NCBI GenBank assembly: GCA_023244895.1
Contig: JAHFLL010000001.1
Span: 178,476 to 242,475, forward strand
Direction of reading: 5' to 3'
DNA from: Candidatus Liptonbacteria bacterium
Lineage (GTDB): Bacteria; Patescibacteriota; Minisyncoccia; UBA6257; 2-01-FULL-56-20
Length of the DNA stretch: 64,000 bases
The stretch's first letter is position 1. Each line of letters starts with the position of its first letter. Below are positions 56,564-64,000 of the stretch, piece by piece. The position numbers were made by a program, and so were the translations under genes. The notes beneath the pieces were generated by a model. It saw only the letters and a list, made by a program, of their open reading frames with translations. It searched no databases and was not told the origin of the DNA.

Positions 56564-57886
56564 ATGCGTAAGTATTCGGTATATCTCGCGTTTGTTCTGA
56601 ACCTAGCGATTGTCTTTGGTTTCTGGTGGGTGCGTTCGGGCAGTCTTTTGCTATCCGGCGAAGCAGTGGCAACGCTTTTGTCTTTGGGCAGAATATCCGG
56701 CTTGCTCCTGGTATTTTTCGTGTTGCTGCAGGTGCTCCTGATAGGTCGCACTGGTTGGATAGAGAGATTGTTCGGTTTCGACAAGCTGGCCCGCGTACAT
56801 CGCCTATCGGGCTATTCCCTGAGCGCCTTTTTGGTTTTACACCCACTCTTAACCGTTTGGAGCTATGCCCTAGAGAGCGAGGTTAGCTATTGGAATAAGT
56901 TTCTAAGCTTATTTAATTTTGGTGAGGACATCCAGGGCGCGGTAATAGCATTTATGCTTTTCGCTATTGTGATAGTTTCTTCCATAACTATAGCCCGAAG
57001 AAAGCTTAAATATGAATCTTGGTACTTCGTACACTTATTGGTCTATGTCGCGATTCTGACTAGTTTTGGGCATCAGCTAAGCCTGGGAGGGGATTTTCGG
57101 GGCCAGACGACATTCTCTGCTTACTGGATGGCCCTATATCTATTTGTTTTCACTAACTTACTCTTCTTCCGATTATTGCGTCCGATTTATAGTTTCTGGC
57201 GGTACCGTTTTAGGGTTCTAAAAATAGTGCCGGAGACGTCGGACACCTATTCCATCTACCTCTCCGGTCGGAATCTGGAGAAATTTAACTTTCGCTCAGG
57301 TCAGTTTGCCCTGTTCCGATTTTTGGCCAAAGGACATTTTTTGCAAGAGCATCCTTTCTCTTTTTCGGACGTGAGCGGCAAAGAGCTATTGCGCATAACG
57401 GTAAAAAACTTAGGGGACTATACCAAAGATCTTGTGGCGGTAACTCCAGGAACGCTTGTGATGGTGGATGGTCCGCACGGCATATTTACTCCGAAGCGGG
57501 CAACAGGAAATAAGATACTGGTTATTGCCGGGGGAGTCGGAATCACTCCGATTCGCTCTCTGATAGGAGCTTTTTCCGCGGAGAACAAGGACGTTGTTTT
57601 GCTCTATGGCAATAAGACGCAGGCGGATATAGTGTTCGGCCAAGAGCTGGACAAATTCATCTCTACCAATAAATTGAAGCTGCATAATGTTCTCTCCGGT
57701 GATCCTGCCTGGCAGGGAGAGAAAGGTTTTATAGACGAGGAAAAGATAAGAAGGTTGGTCCCGGATGTTTCGGCGAGGGACGTGTACTTATGTGGGCCCG
57801 ACCCGATGATGAAAGCCGTTCTGGGAGCGCTCCAGAAATTGGGCGTGAGTAGAAATAAAATATATTTTGAAGAGTTCGCGCTATAA
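56564..57886 (+). CDS. NOX/ferric-reductase-type oxidoreductase: ferric-reductase TM domain plus FAD/NAD(P)-binding domain
   Basis: His pairs 13 apart in TM helices (HRLSGYSLSAFLVLH; HLLVYVAILTSFGH). HPFSFS FAD motif. GGVGITP NAD(P)H motif. Confidence 0.7.
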   Translation: MRKYSVYLAFVLNLAIVFGFWWVRSGSLLLSGEAVATLLSLGRISGLLLVFFVLLQVLLIGRTGWIERLFGFDKLARVHRLSGYSLSAFLVLHPLLTVWSYALESEVSYWNKFLSLFNFGEDIQGAVIAFMLFAIVIVSSITIARRKLKYESWYFVHLLVYVAILTSFGHQLSLGGDFRGQTTFSAYWMALYLFVFTNLLFFRLLRPIYSFWRYRFRVLKIVPETSDTYSIYLSGRNLEKFNFRSGQFALFRFLAKGHFLQEHPFSFSDVSGKELLRITVKNLGDYTKDLVAVTPGTLVMVDGPHGIFTPKRATGNKILVIAGGVGITPIRSLIGAFSAENKDVVLLYGNKTQADIVFGQELDKFISTNKLKLHNVLSGDPAWQGEKGFIDEEKIRRLVPDVSARDVYLCGPDPMMKAVLGALQKLGVSRNKIYFEEFAL

Positions 57887-57893
57887 TATAAAT

Positions 57894-58475
57894 ATGGATA
57901 AAAAATGGAGCGGACTTAAGAAACTACCCCCTGGCGCCAAAATGGTTTTTAGGGGCAAGATATTTGAGACTTGGCAGTGGAAGCAAAAGATGTTCGACGG
58001 CTCATTTGAAATTTTTGAACGCGTCAAGAGGCCAGACACCGCGACCGTGATACCGATTGTGGGAGACAAGATTATGATGATAGAAGAGGAGCAGCCCGGG
58101 AAGCATAGATATTTTGGATTCCCGGGTGGCAGAATTGATCCGGGGGAAAATGAGTTGGCGGCCGCCAAAAGAGAATTATTGGAAGAAACCGGCATGGTCG
58201 CGAGGAGTTGGAAGTTGCTATTTGAGGAAGAGCCCATAAACAAGATGGTTTGGACTATTTATACCTACGTGGCGCGGGGTTGCGTAAAAATCCAAGAACC
58301 ACATCTGGATCCTGGCGAGAGAATACGAGCCAGATTGATATCCTTCGAGCAATTTTTGAATTTATACAGAAACAGAAGATTTACAGAGGGAGAGATGGGC
58401 AGGCTGATATTGCAGGCCCGTTATGATAAAAAAATTCGTGCCAAGCTAGAACGATTGCTCTTTGGCAAAAAATAA
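57894..58475 (+). CDS. NUDIX hydrolase
   Basis: Nudix box GFPGGRIDPGENELAAAKRELLEETG. Confidence 0.8.
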   Translation: MDKKWSGLKKLPPGAKMVFRGKIFETWQWKQKMFDGSFEIFERVKRPDTATVIPIVGDKIMMIEEEQPGKHRYFGFPGGRIDPGENELAAAKRELLEETGMVARSWKLLFEEEPINKMVWTIYTYVARGCVKIQEPHLDPGERIRARLISFEQFLNLYRNRRFTEGEMGRLILQARYDKKIRAKLERLLFGKK

Positions 58476-58495
58476 GTAAGATAATCTGGTCGTAA

Positions 58496-58568
58496 GCCAC
58501 CTTAGCTCAGTTGGTAGAGCAATGCTTTCGTAAAGCAGAGGTCCGGGGTTCGACTCCCCGAGGTGGCT
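58496..58568 (+). tRNA. tRNA-Thr (anticodon CGT)
   Basis: gccacct/aggtggc acceptor. Anticodon loop uuCGUaa. T-arm cgggg-ttcgact-ccccg. Confidence 0.8.
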
Positions 58569-58621
58569 CAAGTTGATTTTTCGTTCTGAATAAAAGAGAA
58601 TTTCAATCAGGGGGTTGCTCT

Positions 58622-58813
58622 ATGCCATGCGAGGCTCCGATGGTGTGCTCTGATTGTGAGGCGGAGTTCTCCTCCGTCCCGCGCGACGATTCCGGTCAGC
58701 CGTGTTGCACGACCTGCAATGGTACGACGCTGGTCCGGGAGACCGTCGCTCGCCGTATGTTCTTCGAGGCTCTGCTTCGTGATCTGGAGGAGATGCACCT
58801 CGCGAGAGCGTGA
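58622..58813 (+). CDS. Small zinc-ribbon protein in GC-rich island (hypothetical)
   Basis: 63 aa. CSDC...CCTTC paired Cys motifs. About 60% GC versus about 47% flanks. Confidence 0.35.
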   Translation: MPCEAPMVCSDCEAEFSSVPRDDSGQPCCTTCNGTTLVRETVARRMFFEALLRDLEEMHLARA

Positions 58814-58946
58814 GTCCGACGCGGGAGAGATGAGTATGAGTGCGCTGCCGGACGTTCGGCCGCGCACTCATCTTTTTGTTTGCGTGAATCATCTTTTGAT
58901 GTAGTATGCCGATAGCTCATGGGGAGCCTAAGATTGGAGGCGGAGA

Positions 58947-59153
58947 ATGGAAGATGTGTTCGTGTGCGACAATCCAGGGTGTCGCAGGAGGTACGAAGGC
59001 GCCCGTGGTGTTGGTGAGGCATGGGTGGACCTCAGGCAACACAAGGGGATAGAGTTCATGGTTTATTCCGGCGACGACTGTCCCGCCTGTTGCGCCCGCG
59101 GCGGGCGCGTCGGCAAGCTTCGACTGGAGGGTCCACCTACCGAACAGCAGTAG
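58947..59153 (+). CDS. Small zinc-ribbon protein in GC-rich island (hypothetical)
   Basis: 68 aa. CDNPGC...CPACC. Confidence 0.35.
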   Translation: MEDVFVCDNPGCRRRYEGARGVGEAWVDLRQHKGIEFMVYSGDDCPACCARGGRVGKLRLEGPPTEQQ

Positions 59154-59209
59154 TCCGAGGCCGTCTTTCCAGCGGGAAGGACGGCGCTCTGATATAATTA
59201 TTCGTATAC

Positions 59210-60242
59210 ATGAAAGACATTGTTGATTTGAAGGAGTTAGCGGAAGAAGCCCGCCGTTTGGGCGGGCGACTTTGAGGTAGAAAAAAATAATATTCGCATA
59301 AAAGAATTGACGGCCGAGATGTCGGACCAGGATTTTTGGCAGAATCGCGCGTTGGCAGACGATAAAATAAAAGAGCTGGGCGAGCTTCAAAACCTAGTGA
59401 CCCGCTATAATGAAGTAATCTCATCCATAGAAGAACTGGAAAAAAATTTTGAAAACGACTTGTTTTTTGAGGCTAAGCGCAAGTTCAGACAGCTAGAGCT
59501 AGAACAGCTGTTCAGCGGGAGGTACGACAAGCAGTCCGCGATTATATCTGTTTATCCCGGCGCGGGCGGAGATGATGCAACCGATTGGGCCAAGATGCTA
59601 TTCGAGATGTTCAATCGTTATGCTTCTCGTCGGAGTTGGAGGGTGGTTGTTTTGGACGACAACCCCAATCGTAGAACCTTGGAAATAAAAGGTGAGTACG
59701 CTTACGGCTATCTTAAAAGAGAGTCAGGCGTGCATCGCTTAGTGCGCATCTCTCCGTTTTCCGCGCAGAAGCTGCGTCACACCTCTTTCGCGCTGGTAGA
59801 GGTGGTGCCGGATTTGCCGGAGATAGATGAAAACAGATTGGATATCCCGGAGAAGGATTTGAAGTTTGAATTTTACCGGGCTGGCGGCCCGGGTGGGCAA
59901 AATGTAAATAAGGTAGAAACCGCGGCGCGGGTAATACACATTCCGACGGGGCTTTCGGCTGGCTCGCAGGTGGAGCGTTCTCAGGCTCAGAACCGGGAAA
60001 AGGCGGTACGCTTATTAAAAGCCAAGCTAATTCAGTTAATGGAAAAAAACCAAGTTCAAGAATTGGATGCTTTACGCACCAAATCTAAACCGGAGTGGGG
60101 TAGTCAGATCCGTTCTTACGTTATGAATCCTTACCAGCTGGTTAAAGACCATCGCAACGAAGTGGAAACGAGCCGCGTGGACGACGTATTGAATGGAGAT
60201 TTGGATATATTTATTGAGGCAGAGGTAGAAGGTGGCGATTAA
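59210..60242 (+). CDS. prfB: Peptide chain release factor 2 with programmed +1 frameshift at CTT-TGA-G (59270-59276)
   Basis: Exon-1 ORF MKDIVDLKELAEEARRLGGRL ends at CGA CTT TGA. The +1 frame continues ...EVEKNNIRIKELTAEMSDQDFW into the 59307-60242 ORF. SPF and GGQ motifs. gatataat -10 just upstream. Confidence 0.85.
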
Positions 60243-60390
60243 CGACGTGTTACTTATGACAAGAATCGTAATTGTGGATAAATTAGTGAATTTTTTGGAT
60301 TAGTGTTGTATAATATCGAAGTGTTTTAAGAATGCGCTTGGTTCGGTTTCTCGCTAACTGCTAAATTCTAGCTACTAACTTCTAATCGCA

Positions 60391-61071
60391 ATGATCGCCT
60401 TCCAAAACGTTTATAAACAATACGGCAAAATGTCCGTGTTGGAGGATGTAAATCTGCGCATTAATCCCGGAGAATTTGTCTCTCTAGTGGGGCGCTCTGG
60501 AGCAGGTAAGTCAACCTTAATCAAGCTGTTAATAGGAGAGGAGAAGCCTACCCGGGGCAGAGTGTTTTTCGGTCAGTACGAGGTGAATAAACTACGAGAC
60601 AAGGAGTTGCCAACCCTCCGCAGGCACATTGGTATTGTTTTTCAAGATTTCCGACTTTTACCCAATAAAACTGCCTACGAGAACGTGGCATTCGCTTTGG
60701 AGGTCGCAGGTCGTTTGCAGGGAGAGATAAACGAACTAGTGCCCCAGGTTCTGGACATGGTTGGTTTGGGCGATAGGGGCAAGAATTTTCCCCACGAGCT
60801 TTCGGGAGGGGAAAAACAAAGAGTAGCTATCGCGCGCTCCATGGTTCACCGTCCGGAAGTTATTATTGCGGACGAGCCGACCGGGAATCTAGACCCGATT
60901 CACACCTGGGAAATTATCGCCCTACTCCAAAAGATCAATCAGCTGGGCACGACCTTGATTCTGGCTACTCACGACAAGGATGTGGTTAATAGTTTGGATA
61001 AAAGAGTGGTAACCTTAGACCAGGGCAGAGTTATTCGGGACGAAGAAAAGGGGAAATACATCCTAGTCTAA
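60391..61071 (+). CDS. ftsE: Cell-division ABC ATPase FtsE
   Basis: Walker A GRSGAGKST, LSGGEKQRVAIARS signature, about 226 aa, followed by ftsX. Confidence 0.85.
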   Translation: MIAFQNVYKQYGKMSVLEDVNLRINPGEFVSLVGRSGAGKSTLIKLLIGEEKPTRGRVFFGQYEVNKLRDKELPTLRRHIGIVFQDFRLLPNKTAYENVAFALEVAGRLQGEINELVPQVLDMVGLGDRGKNFPHELSGGEKQRVAIARSMVHRPEVIIADEPTGNLDPIHTWEIIALLQKINQLGTTLILATHDKDVVNSLDKRVVTLDQGRVIRDEEKGKYILV

Positions 61072-61171
61072 ATCAAAAATTAAAAGTCAAAAATAAAAAT
61101 TATAAAAATCCGATTTCCCATCAAGCTCCTGTAATTTTTCATTTTGATTTTTAAATTTTAAATTAATACTA

Positions 61172-62080
61172 ATGTTCACTGTATTCTCGCGCATTATAAA
61201 TTACGGTTTGAATGGATTCTGGCGCAATGGTTGGCCGTCCGCCGCGACGGTCGCCATGATGGTGCTGTCCCTTATAGTCTCCATGGGTTTGATACTTTTT
61301 AACGTTTTTACCAGTAGCGCGGTTGACTCCATTCAAGACAAAATAGACATAGCGGTCTATTTCAAGACCAGCACGCCGGAAGACGAGATATTGCGGGTTA
61401 AGCAATCCCTGGAAAGCTTTCCGGAAGTAAAAGAGGTGGAGTACATCTCTTCCGCGCAAGCCTTGGAAATATTCCGCGAGAGGCATAAGGATGACGTTAC
61501 AATTCGCCAGGCGGTGGACGAGCTTAACTCCAACCCGCTTCAGGCGGCGCTTAACATTAAGGCTCACCGCGCGGACCAGTACGAAAAAATAGATGAATAT
61601 CTAAAGAACACTTCCATCAGCCAAAGTTTCGCGGGCACGACCTACTTCAGAAACAAGGACGTTATCAATCGCCTAATTACTATCATAACTAATGTGAATC
61701 GGGGCGGTTTTGTGTTGACTCTGATGCTGGCTCTCTTGGCGGGACTGGTAGTACTTAATACTGTTCGCCTCGCCATATATTCCAACCGCGAAGAAATATT
61801 CGTTATGCGTAGCGTAGGCGCGTCTAACGCCCTAGTGCGCGGTCCCTATGTGGTAGAAGGGGTAGTTTCCGGCATCTTGGCCGTGGTTTTGAGCGTACTT
61901 ATTTCCGCGCCGATGGTCTATATAGCGAATCCTTTCTTTAAGGTCCTGATACCGGAGCTAGATTTGTTCCGGTATTTCTACACGCACATAATACTACTCA
62001 TAGGATATCAGCTTATCTTCGGAGTGGTTATCGGTGGACTTTCCAGCTTTATCGCGGTGCGGCGCTACCTTAAGAATTAA
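61172..62080 (+). CDS. ftsX: Cell-division permease FtsX
   Basis: 4-TM with large first periplasmic loop, FtsX-like C-terminal TM bundle. Confidence 0.8.
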   Translation: MFTVFSRIINYGLNGFWRNGWPSAATVAMMVLSLIVSMGLILFNVFTSSAVDSIQDKIDIAVYFKTSTPEDEILRVKQSLESFPEVKEVEYISSAQALEIFRERHKDDVTIRQAVDELNSNPLQAALNIKAHRADQYEKIDEYLKNTSISQSFAGTTYFRNKDVINRLITIITNVNRGGFVLTLMLALLAGLVVLNTVRLAIYSNREEIFVMRSVGASNALVRGPYVVEGVVSGILAVVLSVLISAPMVYIANPFFKVLIPELDLFRYFYTHIILLIGYQLIFGVVIGGLSSFIAVRRYLKN

Positions 62081-62466
62081 CTTAGACTCATAAGCAGTAA
62101 AACGTAAACGAGTACGGCGGCGAGAAAGGCCACTATCCAAATCGCGCTCCAAAATATTATGGCGAGCGCTCTTTTCTGCCGCCCGGACCAGAATAAAACT
62201 GCGGGGTAGCCAAGCGTTAAAATCCCGGAAACAAGAACCGAAAGCACTAGGGTGAGTAACATAAAAGAAGTACTCATCACGGGTCCTAGCTTGCCGAGTT
62301 TGCCCACCCAGCTTTCCGCGTTAAGTCCGAGCCAGGCCAAACCCGTGACGTAAAACACCAAAAGGGCTATCTGGAACAGGGCGATTGTCGCCGGAGATAA
62401 TTTTTTAAGCATACATATATTATTAATCTTGCTGGTAAAATAGGCAAAGACGGGGTTTAATGTCAA
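62077..62466 (-). CDS. Small hypothetical membrane protein
   Basis: 129 aa, 4 TM. Confidence 0.4.
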   Translation of the reverse strand: MTLNPVFAYFTSKINNICMLKKLSPATIALFQIALLVFYVTGLAWLGLNAESWVGKLGKLGPVMSTSFMLLTLVLSVLVSGILTLGYPAVLFWSGRQKRALAIIFWSAIWIVAFLAAVLVYVLLLMSLS

Positions 62467-63437
62467 AAATACGAATTATGGTTCAAGGATTTTGGAAAAA
62501 ACTTAAGAAACCGGTCTTCGTCTTGGCGCCAATGCTGGACGTAACGGACGCAGCTTTTCGGCGCGTTATCGCAAAATACGGCAAGCCGGATGTTTTTTGG
62601 ACGGAATTTGTGTCGGTAGATGGACTGGTTTCCAGCGGCAAACAAAAGCTGGAGCATCTTTTGGAATATTCCGAACGTGAGCGTCCCATAGTGGCTCAGG
62701 TTTTCGGCGCTAATCCGGAAAACTTTGAGCGGGCCGCGCGCATAATAAAGGACATGGGTTTTGATGGCATAGACATCAATATGGGTTGCCCGGAGCGTAA
62801 GGTTGTAAAAATGGGGGCTGGAGCGGGTCTTATTAATAATCCCAAACTTGCCCAGAAAATAATCATGGCCACTCAAAAAGGAGCGGGCCGCTTACCGGTT
62901 TCGGTCAAAATCAGAGTGGGCGACACGCAGGAAGCGCTCGCAAAATGGTTGCCTAAAATATTAGAACCCCGCCCCGCCGCGATCACAATCCATTTTCGTA
63001 CCCGCAAAGAGATGTCTTTGGTACCGGCCCATTGGGAGCTGGCACGTTTGGCGATGAAGCTTTCCCGGAAATATGCGAGAGGGGGAGTAAGGACTCTTAT
63101 TATAGGTAACGGCGACGTAAAAAATTTAGAAGAAGCGAGACATAAAATCGCGGAATATGATTTAGATGGAGTGATGATCGGACGGGGGATATTCGGCAAC
63201 CCTTGGCTTTTTAACAAACGTAAAAAGAGCGTGAGCAAAGACGAAAAGCTCAAGGTTTTGCTGGAACACGCCAAGCTCTATGAAAAAATGTTTAAAGGGC
63301 GAAAGCCGTTTGATATTATGAAGCGTCATTTCAAGGCGTACGTGAACGGTTTTCCTGGAGCGAAAGAACTACGGACTAAGTTGATGGCCGCTCGTAGCGC
63401 TCAAGAAGTGGAGAAGATTATTAGGTCGGGGAGGTAG
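62460..63437 (+). CDS. dus: tRNA-dihydrouridine synthase
   Basis: FVLAPMLDVTDAAFR...IDINMGCP FMN-binding TIM-barrel motifs. Confidence 0.8.
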   Translation: MSKIRIMVQGFWKKLKKPVFVLAPMLDVTDAAFRRVIAKYGKPDVFWTEFVSVDGLVSSGKQKLEHLLEYSERERPIVAQVFGANPENFERAARIIKDMGFDGIDINMGCPERKVVKMGAGAGLINNPKLAQKIIMATQKGAGRLPVSVKIRVGDTQEALAKWLPKILEPRPAAITIHFRTRKEMSLVPAHWELARLAMKLSRKYARGGVRTLIIGNGDVKNLEEARHKIAEYDLDGVMIGRGIFGNPWLFNKRKKSVSKDEKLKVLLEHAKLYEKMFKGRKPFDIMKRHFKAYVNGFPGAKELRTKLMAARSAQEVEKIIRSGR

Positions 63438-63493
63438 GGGCAGTCGCGGAAATATATAAATCTTTGCATTGAGGCTTGTTTTGGGGTATACTA

Positions 63494-63517
63494 TTAACCT
63501 ATTAATTAATAGGTTAA
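63494..63517. promoter_or_regulatory. Perfect 24-bp palindrome TTAACCTATTAATTAATAGGTTAA (candidate repressor operator) abutting a TATACT -10
   Basis: 12+12 perfect inverted repeat immediately after gggtatact, 30 bp upstream of the quinone-reductase-like gene. Confidence 0.5.
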
Positions 63518-63547
63518 ACAAGGTCAGGTAATTCAAATAATAAAAAA

Positions 63548-64000
63548 ATGAAATATTTAATCGTTTACGCCCACCCTAATCCTAAGAGCTTCTGCGCGGG
63601 CATAAAGGAGCGGGTGGAAAGCACTATAAAGTCTAAGGGAGATGAGGCGGTGGTGCGGGACCTCTATGCTATGAACTTCAACCCCGTTCTTTCCGGGGCG
63701 GATTTGTTGAGCTTCAAGAACGGTGGTTTGGCAGAAGACATAAAAACGGAACAGGATAATATCAAGGCGGCAGACATCATTGTTTTTATTTATCCAGTCT
63801 GGTGGACAGGCCTACCGGCCATTATGAAGGGCTATGTGGATCGGGTCATTTCCTACGGGTTTGCCTACAGGTATAATGAAAGCGGGGTGGAGGGCTTGCT
63901 GGCGGACAAGAAGGTTGTTCTGTTTAGCACGAACGGTACGCCTCAAGATGTCTACGAGAAAAGCGGTATGTTTGATTCCCTAAATCAAACTTCGGACGAC
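63548..64000 (+). CDS. Flavodoxin-like NAD(P)H:quinone oxidoreductase (NQO/MdaB/YwrO-like), 3'-truncated by the window edge
   Basis: MKYLIVYAHPNPKSF...IIVFIYPVWWTGLPAIMKGYVDRV. Confidence 0.7.
   Translation, partial: MKYLIVYAHPNPKSFCAGIKERVESTIKSKGDEAVVRDLYAMNFNPVLSGADLLSFKNGGLAEDIKTEQDNIKAADIIVFIYPVWWTGLPAIMKGYVDRVISYGFAYRYNESGVEGLLADKKVVLFSTNGTPQDVYEKSGMFDSLNQTSDD

Noticed and set aside
59307-60242. Treating the ORF-track 311-aa ORF (TTG start) as the complete prfB gene
   Set aside because: The protein lacks the RF2 N-terminus. An upstream ATG exon ending in CTT TGA G provides it via the canonical +1 frameshift.

Overview
This 64 kb window of about 45-50% GC reads as the chromosome of a small-genome bacterium. 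Split transketolase, short-form MetRS, membrane-anchored cupredoxins and many very large anchored surface proteins suggest a CPR/Patescibacteria-like episymbiont; this is inference only. Housekeeping genes are mostly on the + strand: rnpB candidate, trmH-like, gap, rpiB, rpe, tkt N/C halves, pfkB-family kinase, fba class II, rplY/ctc, M16 peptidase, AI-2E transporter, metG, tatD, leuS, htrA, uppS, prfB with its +1 frameshift, ftsE, ftsX, dus. There are seven tRNAs. Between the core genes are several unusual loci. (1) Three paralogous Gly-rich, phage-tail-fibre-like surface proteins at 1-10169, one carrying a tail-collar domain and six HTH repeats. (2) A small inverted-repeat-bounded element family: a 451-bp cassette encoding a GxxExxY PD-(D/E)XK protein, plus ORF-less MITE-like copies, one of them in-frame inside leuS. 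(3) leuS also carries a roughly 200-aa YdeN/RBBP9-type serine-hydrolase domain inserted just before its CP1 editing domain. (4) Two tandem, internally duplicated Cys-rich zinc-ribbon proteins sit in the normally conserved metG-tatD junction. (5) An operon on the minus strand encodes a sortase, a CAP-domain protein and a 1057-aa DUF11 adhesin. Next to it is a roughly 60% GC island encoding a lipoprotein that shares the adhesin's Ig-like domain plus an OMP-like protein. Two further high-GC islands abut tRNA-Ser and tRNA-Thr, the first with a partial tRNA 3'-end duplicate, so integration scars are plausible. (6) A bacterial NOX-type ferric-reductase/FAD/NAD oxidoreductase is present. No CRISPR array was seen. 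The prfB UGA frameshift indicates that UGA is a stop codon (standard code).
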